A stretch of 64,000 nucleotides of DNA from an uncultured delta proteobacterium (GCA_963816395.1 CAWFKQ010000007.1:128001-192000), one strand, 5' to 3'. Positions 1-11,739 are shown, counted from the first letter of the stretch. Notes: generated from the letters alone by a model not told the origin. Made by a program: numbers and translations.

Positions 1-574
1 AGTCATGCATGATGGCTCCGGCGGGTATGGAGCGGCACAGGTCGCGCAGCGGTGCATTGATCATGGCGGTACTCCCGGTGATGACGTTCTGAACCAGCAG
101 GCGGTTGAGACGCCCTCCCCCTTCCGGGTCCAGATGCTGATGCCGCCGGAACGAGGCGGCGACCAGGCGCGCATCGCGGTCGACCACCTGCAGATCGGTA
201 TGAACCAGCAAGGGAGTATGTTTCCCGTATTCCTCTTCCAGTCGATGCATCGTTTCCAGGGTGACAGCAAGCTTTTCAGGCTTCCAGATGTCGTCCTGAT
301 CACAGAAAGTCAGGTACTCGCCCTCTGAGTGTCGAAGCAGATGGCTGAAATTTCCACAGGCCCCTGCCCTTCCCTGCGGTCCAGCAACCACCCTGATCCG
401 CTCCGGCCAGCGGTCGGCAAGAGCGCGCAGGAGGTCGGGCGTACCATCGGTGGAGCCGTCATCGCTGATCAGCAGCTTCCATCGCGGATAGGACTGCCGC
501 AGGATGGATGCGATCTGCTTCGGCAAGTATTTCCGGCCGTTGCAGGTGGCCAGCAGGATTTCGATCTCGGCCAT
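1..574 (-). CDS. GT2 glycosyltransferase (rhamnosyltransferase-like), 3' end beyond window start
   Basis: Manual translation from ATG at 574: MAEIEILLATCNGRKYL...ISDDGSTD...FCDQDDIW...VHTDL...QNVITG...IMHD. The frame is open to position 1. Confidence 0.85.
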   Translation of the reverse strand, partial: MAEIEILLATCNGRKYLPKQIASILRQSYPRWKLLISDDGSTDGTPDLLRALADRWPERIRVVAGPQGRAGACGNFSHLLRHSEGEYLTFCDQDDIWKPEKLAVTLETMHRLEEEYGKHTPLLVHTDLQVVDRDARLVAASFRRHQHLDPEGGGRLNRLLVQNVITGSTAMINAPLRDLCRSIPAGAIMHD

Positions 575-1568
575 GTACCTCTGCTCCCTGGACGCCGGTC
601 CGGACCGGCGGTTGGCGGTAACCCAGCTCCTTCTGCAGACAGCGCCTGGGCACGCTGGCAATGTCATAGTTGATGGCGGAAATCAGCAGCTGAAACCCAA
701 GCAGAATCGGCAGGGCCGCAACCATGACCGTTCCGCTGGTCGCCGGCAGGCCTCTGGCCATGGAAAGATACCAGTGCCAGGCGCCGAACCCCGCCCCGCC
801 GGCCAGCAGCAGACCGCCTAACAGGAGTTCCACGGTGCCGGCGTTAAAATCACGTAAGAAATAATTATAGAATATTCTTTTTAAAAATCTATTAACATAC
901 TTCACCGGAAATTCCATCGCCACCCGCCGGATCTTGAGGCTGCTCGCCTCCTCTCCGTAGAATGACGGCATGGGGACATCCCGCACGACCGCCCGGACGA
1001 TGTTCAAGCGAAAGAGCATGTCGCTTTCAAAGAAATAGCGCCGGTCCAATTTCTCCAGGGGAAGCCGTCGCAGGGCCGCGGCATGAATGGCGGTATAGCC
1101 GTTGGTCGGGTCCATGATGTCCCAGTAGCCGCTGACCGCCTTGCTGACAAAGGAAAGGACCGAGTTGCCGAAAAGCCGCAGGCGCGGCATGGCGGCGAGA
1201 AATTCGATGTCGAAGAAGCGGTTTCCCTTGGTGTAGTCGGCCGCGCCGTCGAGGAGCGGTTCTGGACAATGCAGGGGAGAAACGCGGGATCCATCTGGCC
1301 GTCACCGTCAATCTTGACCAGCACCTCGCCCCATCTGCCAATGCCTTGCCGGTAGCCGCGTGACCATGGCGCCGCCCACCCCCTGATTCTCCGCGATGAA
1401 AAAGAACACGACCCGCGGATCGGGACATCGCTCCCGGACAAATCGGCCGCACTCCTCCGGACAGCAGTCATCGACCACGTAGATGGCTGCGACCTCAGCC
1501 CCGATCCGAGCAATGAGTCCAAGCACCTGCTGGCGGACGCGGTAGCAGGGGATGATGACGGCGATCAT
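459..1568 (-). CDS. GT2 polyprenol-phosphate glycosyltransferase (DPM-synthase/GtrB-like), several frameshifts at about 1260-1365
   Basis: Fragments join into one protein: MIAVIIPCY...VVDD...NQGVGGA / VKIDGDGQMDP / DYTKGNRF...DPTNGY, then two C-terminal TM helices. Confidence 0.8.
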
Positions 1569-1678
1569 CTCCCAACCCTCCCTCGCCGGCGGAAATTGCC
1601 ATGCCGGCAGACAAAGTATTCGAGACCATTCCCCTTTTCATTCCACATTTCAGATCAACGGCCGTCCACTCGTGGCCC

Positions 1679-2032
1679 TTACCGGGCTATGACTACGATG
1701 CCGGAGAAGATCAGCAGATTGCCGAGCAGGTGGCGCATCCCGAAAGGCTCCCCGAGAAAAAAGCTGCTCAGCAGCGGCACCAGAAAAAACGCCAGAGCCA
1801 TGAATGGATAAGCGAGATTCAGGGGCACCGTGCGCAGCACCCAGACCCAGAGGAAAGTGGTACCCATGTAAATGGCCAGCGCGGATAGAAAATACGGATT
1901 GACGAAGCGCCAGAGGATGAACGCCCCCCCCTCCCCCCGCGCCATGGCCAAAGCAGCCAGTTTGAAAAGGATCTGGCCGGCGGTCATGCCGGCAACAACC
2001 AGAAGAATATGCAGAATCTCGCTGCCTTTCAT
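1679..2032 (-). CDS. Small 4-TM EamA/SMR-type (ArnE/ArnF-like) lipid-linked sugar flippase
   Basis: GQILFK, LNLAYPFMAL and FFLGEP motifs. Its ATG overlaps the upstream gene's TGA. Confidence 0.75.
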   Translation of the reverse strand: MKGSEILHILLVVAGMTAGQILFKLAALAMARGEGGAFILWRFVNPYFLSALAIYMGTTFLWVWVLRTVPLNLAYPFMALAFFLVPLLSSFFLGEPFGMRHLLGNLLIFSGIVVIAR

Positions 2033-3810
2033 ATTCCAGCCGCTCCCTCCCGGAGAAGACTCCGGCATCCATGGATGGGGGAACTCAAAAGAAATTTACC
2101 TTCCTGGTCGCCAGTGGAGACGGTTACGCAGATCTTTTCCTGGGAAGTCCGCGCCTGCTCTTCGTCAGCAAAATCCAGAGTGATGGTGAAGCCGCTTTTA
2201 AGGTAATGCGGGTCACCGAGAGCCTGTGCCACATCCGGACGAAGTTCCCTCAAGCCCGTGATCTTCTCCGGCACCACCAGCGTGACGATGCGGATCGTAA
2301 CGCCAGTGGCATCATCGCGTAACGGCGACCAGCCACGCAGAAGAAGCTGATTGCCCCGGCGCGTGACGTCGTCGAGGAAGCCGGCGATGCGGACTGCCGG
2401 AGCCGTCTCCTGCGGCAGGACCGCCTGATATTCGATCGACTCCGGCGCCTGCAATGGGCTAGTGAACGGCAGGGCGCGCCAGGCCCGCCCCCAGTCGCCG
2501 TCGTAATAGCGGGCCACTGTTTCCCGAAAAAACAGGACGCCGAACACGGCCAGGTAAAACAGAAAAGCATAGCGGGCCCAGGCATGCCGGTGAACCAGGA
2601 GCATGGCAAGGCCGATCGAAACCGGGAGGAAATACCGCCCCTGCAGAACGAACCCGTAGCGGGGGAGCATCAGGTACTCTACAGCGAACATTCCGGCTGC
2701 AAATACCATCGAGAAGAGAAGGGAATACCAAGTGAAGCGGATGGCGACCCATTCCCTCCAACCGGCCAGGACGAGGGCGGCGTTGACCGCCACCAGGCCA
2801 TAGAGCACCAAGTAGCAGGGGTTCGGCAGGGCGTAATCGAGCCAGCCGAGAATTCCCCAGTAGGACTTGACAAGAAAGGAATAATGGTTCCGGGAAAAAT
2901 ATTCCCAGAGGTTTAGATGGACCGGGATCCCGGCGAAAGCGATATGGTCCGGCCGGGGAGCCCAGGCATAGAAACCGAAAAAAGTCACCACCAGCGCTGC
3001 CAGACAGACCAGAAGACTGCGGCGGAAGCGGAATCCCTCTCTACGGAAAAGCGCGCCCCCTGAAGTAAGCGCCACCGTGGGGAAAAGGACCAGGGCGGGC
3101 GGCTTGGTCAAACCGGCCGCCACGAGAGCGGCAAAACCGAGATATCCTATTTCCCGGTCGCAGAAGACAAGCCGGTAAAAACCGATCAAAACCAGGGTAA
3201 CCGCCGGATAGAAAAGAACATCGGGGTTGATGCTGGAGGACATGAAAGCCAGCATGGGGTTCATGACGATAAATAAAAAGACCGAACGGCGGTATGGCAG
3301 TTCCCGGGGGAGAAAGATGTAGACGAGAAACCACCCCAGAGCGGCCAGCAGCGAGGAGGCTAGACGGTAGAGGTAAACACTGTCATACGGCGAGGCCCCA
3401 ACGAGATCCGTCGCCCCCTGCCCCAGAACGAACACTGACAGGTAGTAAAGAAAAGGATAATTGAAGGCTGTGGTGTATTGCTCCGCCTCCCCTTTCTTCT
3501 GCGACCAGCGCAAGTTCTTCAGCAAAGTGATGTCAGCGTCGCTGATGCTTGAAGCCGAGTGGAAGGGAATCTCATGAAGAACACTGGCTTCCCCCAGCGG
3601 GTTAAGATATTTTTGCGCAACTCGCACCTTCGTTCTCTGCAACACCAGAGGCTTCTCCGTCACCGCATAGATTTTTACCGCATGGCTGAATTCGTCAGGC
3701 GCCTGGAAGGGTGGCTTGATGAGGCCCCAGGCGGCAAACCAGAGGAACAAGGCAGTAAACAGCCCCGCCAATTTCAGGGGCTGTACACCTCTCACAGAAA
3801 AACCTCCCAT
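2029..3810 (-). CDS. DUF2142-like polytopic membrane protein (GT-C fold glycosyltransferase) with C-terminal periplasmic domain
   Basis: PPFQAPDEFSH after the first TM, NYPFLYY, QGRYFLP and many TM helices. Start uncertain (ORF extends to 3939). Confidence 0.7.
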   Translation of the reverse strand: MGGFSVRGVQPLKLAGLFTALFLWFAAWGLIKPPFQAPDEFSHAVKIYAVTEKPLVLQRTKVRVAQKYLNPLGEASVLHEIPFHSASSISDADITLLKNLRWSQKKGEAEQYTTAFNYPFLYYLSVFVLGQGATDLVGASPYDSVYLYRLASSLLAALGWFLVYIFLPRELPYRRSVFLFIVMNPMLAFMSSSINPDVLFYPAVTLVLIGFYRLVFCDREIGYLGFAALVAAGLTKPPALVLFPTVALTSGGALFRREGFRFRRSLLVCLAALVVTFFGFYAWAPRPDHIAFAGIPVHLNLWEYFSRNHYSFLVKSYWGILGWLDYALPNPCYLVLYGLVAVNAALVLAGWREWVAIRFTWYSLLFSMVFAAGMFAVEYLMLPRYGFVLQGRYFLPVSIGLAMLLVHRHAWARYAFLFYLAVFGVLFFRETVARYYDGDWGRAWRALPFTSPLQAPESIEYQAVLPQETAPAVRIAGFLDDVTRRGNQLLLRGWSPLRDDATGVTIRIVTLVVPEKITGLRELRPDVAQALGDPHYLKSGFTITLDFADEEQARTSQEKICVTVSTGDQEGKFLLSSPIHGCRSLLREGAAGI

Positions 3811-4104
3811 GCACTTTCGGTCCGCGGCGGGAAAGCCAGGGTGAAGCTCTCTGCGCCTAGACTGAAGTTGGAGTTGCAGGCCTTGTCGCTCTCCAATAGG
3901 TTTCCACATTGCCGTTGCATGTAATCGATTCCCGGCCAAGAGCTTTGCGAAGATAGTCTCGGCGTGTAGGTTTTATAAGTTACTTCATGAGCAGCACTTT
4001 GGTCTCGGCCGAAAGGCAGGCGATTTAAGAGGATTCGATAAATTCCCAGCCAAATACCTTGTCGACTTCATAACCCGACCGAATCTTTAAGAGTGAAATC
4101 ACGA

Positions 4105-5902
4105 TTACGGGTGCTGCCCCAGGCATCGAAATTTCGGATCGGAGCGAGTCAAGGGATGAGCTCCCACCGCTCCTCCGTCACGAATTCGACCAGCGGCATC
4201 GCCATGGACAACGGGGGGAAGCCGAAAAATTGATCTGCTGCGCAAGTCGTTAAAACTACGGCCAAATTCGACCATGCCGGCGACTATATTGGAGCTGATC
4301 TGCGCTAGGTTACCGGTTTCACCCCTGACCCCGATCCTCCACTGCCGCAATGCTCCCGCCGGAAGAGCAAGACAGGCCAACCACTGAGTGGTGTGGAGCC
4401 GAGAAGAAAAGTTCGACGGCTATACGGTTTTCATAAAGGCGAGCGACAAGATCGGCGCTAACGGAGGGCGGAGAAAAAAGGGCAGTCATGCGTCGGTGAG
4501 ATTGGCGTTCCCACCGCCCTGGCGTGTCGGCCAGGCAAAAATAGTAGCCGAAAACCTCCAGGTCGATCAGATTTCGGATAGCGAGTTCAAAGGCGTCCTG
4601 GGTCGTACCGTTCCAGCCGATATCGACCAGCGCCACGCGGCTTCCCGCCCGGATACCGAGGGCCTTCAGGTAGGAAAAAAGCGCCCGCCGGTTGCGCCGA
4701 CAAATTTTGAGAATCTCCCAGCGGTAGGCATAAAGAAATCCGGCAAGCTGATCGAGGCGGGCATGGGTGACCACCGCCGCCTCGTCAAGGCCGAAACCTT
4801 CCATAATCCCTTTATCGGGCACGGAAACATCGATTCGTTCCAGAAGCTCGGCCGGGGATAGCCCTTCGGCGCCGGAGAGCAGGAAAGGAATAAACTCCAG
4901 AAAATTTGCATCGTTCATGGCCGAGAGGGTAAACGCCGTTCGGGAGCCGAGAAAATAATGATGGGGCGGAAGCTGCCCGCAGATGCCCGAATCCGCGAGA
5001 TGATGGAGAATGTAGCCATCACGCGCCAGGAACAGGACGTGGTCGATCCGGTCACATCGGGACTTTTCGCCGATCCAGTCCAGGAATCCGACGGCCGCCG
5101 CCCCGCCATAGAGGAAACCCAGCTCCTGACAGGAGTCTGGGAGAATCCCGCTGCGATGCTTTCGCAGCAGACCTCGCGCCAGGGAAGTCTCCGGTGAACA
5201 GAAACGCAGGGCCTGGGGCTTGCGCTGTTCCGAGTAAAAGTGAACCGAAAGTCCCCTGGCTTCGGCCTGCCGAATATCAGATTGGAGATTGTCCCCGATG
5301 TGCAGAATCCGCTCAGGCGCAAGCCGCAGTTCGGCGGCAAGGAGATCGAACAATTCACCCCGGTCGCGCTTCGTGGCATTGCGGTCGGAGGAAATAAAGA
5401 GCGGCACCTCGGCCAGATCGTGCCGCCGGAGAGCCTCCCGAAAGAAATCGGCCGGCAGATACATGTCGGAAGTAATGGCCACCGGTTTGCCGGTGTTCAG
5501 AGCGAGGTTGAAGATATCGAGCATTTCCGCATTGGGGTGAAGAAGCGAAAGCTCGAGTTCGTACTCGGCTCGCATAGCATCTTGCGGCGCGACAGGAAGC
5601 CGGTCAAAACAGGTATAGATATCTTCCAGAGTGATCTCCCGGCGTCCCGCTTTCCGTATGCGCCTGAATGCCTCTGCCTGCGCCGCGCGGCGACGAGATC
5701 GAAAGTCGTCGATTCCAAAGCGTTTCCCGAGGAGGTCGAAAGCGTCTTCCGGATCAAGCAGGGTGCGCACGAAGAGCGTATCGAAAAAATCGAAAGAGAT
5801 TGCATCGGCAAGGGCCATCTTCTTTTCGAGGGCACCCGACGCATGCATTCGGGTCGATTCGGAGTTCGGATTGGTCGTGTGCATGGAGTTCAGCATGCTC
5901 AT
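4105..5902 (-). CDS. HAD phosphatase plus phosphoribosyltransferase-like two-domain protein (putative ribofuranosyltransferase), frameshift near 4330
   Basis: HAD motifs SFDFFDTL and HIGDNLQSD, then FLARDG and the PRPP-loop-like VALVDIGWNGTTQ. The C-terminus continues in ORF 4105..4380. Confidence 0.7.
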
Positions 5903-8900
5903 TTCCCCGCCGTCAGCTCGAGGTTGATTCCATTAGGGTGGAGATTGGGACTGTGAAAGGGATCAAGCTGGAAGTAGTGCGGGTGAGCGTCATAGAGATT
6001 TCTCTTCTCCTGTTGCAGCCGGGTGTGTTTTTCGGGGTCTTCATGATCGATGCCGCGACTGGCGGATTCATGGTGGATCAAACGTACGGCCTGGCATACA
6101 ACATTGTAGAAACCGGTATGATGCAGCCGCATGCAGAGATCGATATCGTTATAGGCAATGGGAAATTCCTCGTTGAATTTCCCGACGGAGATAAACTTTT
6201 GCCGTTCGATCATCAGGCAGGCCCCGGTAACCGCGAGCCAGTTGTATTCCAGAAGATTCCGCATGAAGTAACCGGGAGTGTCGGCGGGCTGCCGCCAAAA
6301 CGCATGGCGCGGGCCTTCCTCAAGGTTGAGCACCCCGGCGTGCTGAACGTCCCGTCCTCCCGGATACAGAAGTTTTGCGCCGACGGTGCCGACATGTTCC
6401 AATTGCGCGTACCCCCCCAGCCGCTGCAGCCAGTCGGCACTTAACACCTCGGTGTCGTCATTCAGGAAGAGCAGGAGTTCTCCGGCAGCCCTCGCCGCGC
6501 CCATGTTGTTTAATTCGGAGAAATTGAAAGGGGCATCATGACGGACTACCTGGATCATCGGGTTTTTAGCAAGGTGATCCAGAATATCCAGTGTTTCCGG
6601 CTTCACTGAACCGTTATCAAGCAGAATGATCTCGAAATTCCGGTAGTCCGTTCTGCCCAGAACGGAATCGATACAGCGTCGAAGAACCGCCCCATTGTCC
6701 CGGGTAGGAATGATGATAGAAACCAAGGGGTTTCCCCGCAGATGATAATTCACCCGAAAATATCCCTTGACCTGCGTCACCGGTTCGACGGTCCCGCTCA
6801 AACCGCGGCGTTTCAACGCATCCTCACGCACACGCCTGGATGCTGCCAGTACATACGGTTTGGCGGCGATATCGGCGGCAGTCGACGAGTCGAGGATTCG
6901 CCAGTGGTAGAGAACCTTCGGGATGTGGCTGATGCGGTTGGTCTTTTCCGTCACGCGAAGGACCAGATCCCAGTCCTGACAGCCGTCGTAAGCGGAGCGG
7001 AAACCGCCGACCTCCAGCATCAGGCTGCGCCGGATACACGACACATGGCAGACGTACATGGTGCTCATCATGGTATCCGGGGACCAGTCCGGCTTGAAGT
7101 GCGGTTCGGAAAAGCGCCCATCCGGAGTGATCTTGTCCTCATCGCTATAGACGAAATCAGGATCTTCGGCGTCGATGCGGAGCGAGAGCTCGAACAGGCA
7201 GTCGGGGGTCAACTCGTCGTCGTGATCGAGCAAGACGACAAAGTCACCAGTGGCCTGCGCCAGTGCGGCATTGGTCGCGCCGGAGATACCGTGATTGCTG
7301 GCCAGATTCAGGACGCTGATCCGGGGATCGTCGATCCGGGCAAGGACCTCTCGGGTTGGCAGGGAGGTACCGGCATCATCAGCAATAATCAGCTGCCAAT
7401 GGGGATACCATTGGGAAGTCACCGATTCGATCGCCTTGCTCAATAATTCCGGGGGCGTGTTGTAAGCCGGCATCAGGATCGAAAAAACGGGGGTTTTAAT
7501 GCCTTCCAGCCGCTGTTCCAGATCGCGTGGGCGGCAAGGGGGGATATACACATAACCCGCAGGCCCCTCCGTGAGAGTGTATCCATGCAGCGGATCATAA
7601 GAGATCGAGGTGGCGGGAACCCGGTTCGGCTCTTCTGCTCTCACGAGAAAACGGGGTGGCCAAGTCGGATCACCCCACCGCGATTTAAAGCCGCCGAGCC
7701 CTTCCCGCCGATAGAGCGAATGCGCTTTTCGCACCATCATCCCAAGCCCGCCGGCGTGTTGCAGCATGGCAGGAATGCGGACCAGGGCTTTCCTGGATTC
7801 CTGGAGATGACGGTTGACGAGCCGCATCGGTGCAGTATATCGCCAGGATTTTGTTCTCTGCAGAGCAGCGGCGAGGTGCTCCACCTCGGTCAGACGCTCG
7901 GTCAAAGCGACATTGGCTTTCTCGGATGCTTCGAGTCGAAGGCAGACTTCTCTTCTTCTCAGCCTCCAACGCGGCGATTCGAGCCTGCGCCTGGTGCAGA
8001 GCACCAGCGAGTTCTTCACATTTGTGCCGCAAGCTGACGATCTCCGCCGTCCGGGGGGCGATGACCCCTTCCAGGTGCGGATGCGCTCTTCCTTTTTCGC
8101 CAGCGCCTCCCTCTGTGTATTCACCGAAACTCGTGCTCCGCCGTCTGCTGCCTGAAACGTCTCGGCCAGCCGCAGAAAATCGGCCGAAGCCGGCCAGGCG
8201 AGCTCGACCTCCAGGCTCCCCCCTTGCCGCAGTTCCGCCAGGACCTGTTCTGGGACCGGCAGACTGGAGCGCCGGGTCGGTGCCCGCGAGCAGCAGAATC
8301 AGGGATTCATCGGTATCCTGCCGCCAGCAGCTGGGCATTCTGCAGGTCCGTCAGCGACTTGCCGCAGATCCGGTTGCCAGAGGGTTTCGCCGCCGGCCTG
8401 CCCGCAGGCGCAGACCGAAGAGGTGCAGAAAGCCCGGCCGGTCCGCCGGATCGAGCCGCAGCTCCGCCGCCCGCTCCAGGGGAGGGATGGGAAAATGCAG
8501 GGTCTGCCGCGCCTCCTCCATCCGCCCGTTGACCGCCAGCGCTGGCGGCCTCAGTAAAATCCTCTCCCGTCTGCCGCCAGTAAAGCTGAGCGACAAAGGG
8601 CCAGGCCGCCGGCACCGGCTCCAGATCACCGCTTCCTACCGGCTCGCTCGGTTCCGCTGCCGCTTCGACCAAAAATTGATAGCTCAGGGCATCGGGGCGG
8701 GAAAGCAGGGCGTGCTGGATCTTCGGCGGCAGGGCGTTAAAGCAGGTGTCGAACTCGGACCGGTCAGGATCCTGCAACACCGCGGTAAGGCGCACCGGGT
8801 GGAGACCGTGCTCCCGCAGCAGTTCCAGCAGGGAGGAGCGGGTGAAGAAGCGCAGATGGGTGCTGTCCAGCAGACCGCTGGGTCGGTAGCGGAATTTCCC

Positions 8901-9350
8901 TTCCAGCAATTCCCCGAGAACCCCGCAATAAGAGACGTTTGGAACGGAGAGCAAAACCCTTCCCGCTGGTTCCAACAGCGCCGGCAACTGCCTGAGCAGT
9001 GCCCCGGGGTCGCGCAGATGTTCGATGATGTCGGCGCAGACGATGACCTGATAACGCCGGCCGGCCAGGAGTTCCGGTAGGCGGACCCGCTCCAGGTCCG
9101 CCTGAAAGAAGTCACGATAGAATCCCCGTGCCAGGCTGGCGGCCTCCGGATCGCAATCGACGCCGTCGACCACGCACCCCTTCTCCGCCGCCAGATAGGC
9201 CCCAAGGGCTCCAGGACCGGTCCCCAGGTCGAGGACCTGCGAACTCGTTGCGATTCGCCGGGCGAGAGCGGAGAGGGAATCCTCTCCCTCGGGATCGATT
9301 ACCCGCTGGTAGCGGCCGGCGTTTTCAAGCAGAGCTGTTTCCGGCATCAT
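5899..9350 (-). CDS. Multidomain SAM methyltransferase - beta domain - coiled coil - GT2 - GT2 O-polysaccharide synthase/terminator, frameshifted at about 7950-8550
   Basis: VLDLGTGPG, DIIEHLRDP and GLLDSTHLRFFT in 8307..9350; coiled-coil fragments ending in KSWRYTAPMR; two GT2 domains (LDHDDEL; FLNDDTE) in 5899..8124. Confidence 0.7.
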
Positions 9351-10737
9351 TGCCCCTCCGCCTGCCGGGAGGAGGAAACGACCTCCAGGTTGATCTGCTC
9401 CATCGGCAGCCCGACCAGACCAGTGATGACGCTGCTGGTGTGGGACTTGAGCATCAGGGCATCATGGATCCACTGGTGCTGGACATGCTCCTGCTGGGTA
9501 CCATCGGCCAGAGCCACGCAGACCGAATAGTCGCCGGCCGGCAGCACCGGCAGGCGGAAGCGGAAACGAGCCTCCACAATTTCCCCGGCGGCGGCGGCTA
9601 CGGGTCGATCGCGGTAGGGAAGAAAGGTGTTGTCGCCGAACAGGAACTGTCCCAGCCGGTCCTTGAAGTAAAAGCCGATGATCGGCCGGCGAAGATGTTC
9701 CCGGGCCTGGGCACGGATCACCAGGGTAACTTCCTCGCCGCCGACCATCCAGGCAAGCGGCTGCCTGCGCTCATCGAGCAGTTGCACCTCGACTATTTCC
9801 CCGCCGCCGAGGCCGAAGGCATTCCCACTCGGGTCGAATTCGAAGATTTCGATATCGTTGCGGAAAGCTGCTGCGGTTGAGATAGCGCTGCCGCTGATCG
9901 GTGCGTGCCTTGGCGGGCGTCCGCGCAGGAGCCTCCAGCGGCGGCTTTTTCCCCTGCTCCGCCTGCCCCGGCCGCGTTTCGAACAGGGTTGCCAGGTAGG
10001 CTTCGCAGACATCCTTGGCGCTGCCGGCCATGCGCATCCGCCCTTCTTCCAGCCACAGGGCGCGCCGGCACAAGTTGATGACCGCCGAGGTATCGTGGCT
10101 GACGAAAAGAAGGGAGCCGCGCTTCTGGAAATCGCGCAGAAAACGCATGCATTTCTGGGTGAAAAAGGCATCGCCGACCGCCAGGGCTTCATCGATCACC
10201 AGGATATCGGCGTCCACATGGGCAATGACGGCGAAAGCCAGCCGCACGTACATGCCGCTGGAGTAGGTTTTCACCGGCCGCTCGATAAACTCGCCGATTT
10301 CGGCGAAGGCGGCGATATCGGGGAAACGCCGGTCGATCTCGGCGCGCTCGAGACCGAGGATGCTGGCGCACATGTAGACGTTCTCCCGGCCGCTGAATTC
10401 CGGATTGAAGCCCGCTCCCAGTTCGAGCAGGGCGGCGACCCTCCCCTTGACCTTCACTTCCCCGGCGGTGGGCGCCAGGGTGCCGCAGATGAGCTGCAGC
10501 AGGGTCGATTTCCCCGATCCGTTGCGGCCGATGATCCCGACTGTTTCCCCCCGTTCCACCGTAAATTCGACGTCGCGCAGAGCCCAGAATTCCCGGCAAT
10601 AACTTCGGCCGCCACTTCTGGTGGCCCATGCCGGAAGGCGGGACAGCATCGCCTGCTTCAGCCGGTCCCGAGGCGAGGCGTACAGGCGGTAGCATTTGCT
10701 CAGGCCGCCTTAGGCGAATGGCCGGCTCACAGGACAT
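9347..10737 (-). CDS. wzt: O-antigen ABC transporter ATP-binding protein with C-terminal carbohydrate-binding domain (frameshifted)
   Basis: GRNGSGKST, YSSGMYVRLAF and DEALAVGD; Wzt_C-like domain in ORF 9347..10192. ATG at 10737 overlaps the wzm stop. Confidence 0.9.
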
Positions 10738-11539
10738 CGGCGAACCCCTTGCGCAGTTTGCGAAAAACCATCAGCCCGAAAAACCCTGTCATAGCCCCGA
10801 ACAGTGCATAACCGCTCAGGGGCGCCCAGGCCGGTGCGGTCCCCCAGATCAGCACTCCACGAGCCTGCCCGATAATCAGGGCGAGAGGATTAAGCTGCAG
10901 GTAGGGACGCAGCCCTTCCGGCAGGGCCGAAAGGGGAAAGAAAATGGGGCTGACGAACATCAGGGCGGTGGTTACGATGCCAACCGTTTGCCCGACATCG
11001 CGCAGGTAAACGCCAAGAGAAGCGAGAAACCAGGAAATGCCGAGAGTCAGGAAAAGAAAAGGCACCAGGACGATCGGCAGGTACAGAGCTGTCGCCGGCA
11101 CCGAATGCTGAACGGCCACTTCGAAGAGCAGAAGTACTGCCAGGCTGACGAGGGCATGAAACAAGGCAGAGCCGGCAGCCACTAAAGGCAGGATTTCCAG
11201 GGGGAAAACCACTTTTTTCACCAGATTGGCATGTTCAAGGATGATTCCGGGCGAACGGTTCACCACCTCGGCGAAGAGGTTGAAGATGATGAGGCCGGCG
11301 AACAGGACAATGGCGAAGTTCGCCCGGTTCTCGTCTGCCGCCACCCCCCATTTGGCCCGAAATACGATGCTGAAGACGAAGGTATAGACAGCCAGCATCA
11401 GGACCGGATGGAAAAACGACCACAGCAGCCCGAGCACCGAGCCGCGATAGCGGCCGACCACTTCCCGCTTGGTCATCTGCCAGATGAGGTGACGGTGGCG
11501 CCAGAAACTTCCGGCCACTGCATCGAATCTGCTGCTCAT
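10727..11539 (-). CDS. wzm: O-antigen ABC transporter permease
   Basis: RYRGSVLGLLWS, KKVVFP, YLRD and GFADVL motifs. Confidence 0.93.
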   Translation of the reverse strand: MSSRFDAVAGSFWRHRHLIWQMTKREVVGRYRGSVLGLLWSFFHPVLMLAVYTFVFSIVFRAKWGVAADENRANFAIVLFAGLIIFNLFAEVVNRSPGIILEHANLVKKVVFPLEILPLVAAGSALFHALVSLAVLLLFEVAVQHSVPATALYLPIVLVPFLFLTLGISWFLASLGVYLRDVGQTVGIVTTALMFVSPIFFPLSALPEGLRPYLQLNPLALIIGQARGVLIWGTAPAWAPLSGYALFGAMTGFFGLMVFRKLRKGFADVL

Positions 11540-11618
11540 CCGAGGTCTTCAGGGAAACAGGGCAAAGCGGACTCCACCTGCAGGGAGGGGACAGGCAAAA
11601 AGCGGACGTCGATGTAAA

Positions 11619-11646
11619 ATTATACAAAAATAATTTGTTTTTGCAA
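11619..11646 (-). promoter_or_regulatory. Sigma70-type promoter for the wzm operon
   Basis: TTGCAA-16 nt-TATAAT on the minus strand, in an AT-rich patch upstream of wzm. Confidence 0.7.
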
Positions 11647-11739
11647 ATTCTATTGAAGGAAAAACTTTAGGGGAGATGGCGGTGAAAGGTGGGGATTAAA
11701 CAAGGTTGGGAGATGCGAAAAATGCCGGAATGAATGAGC

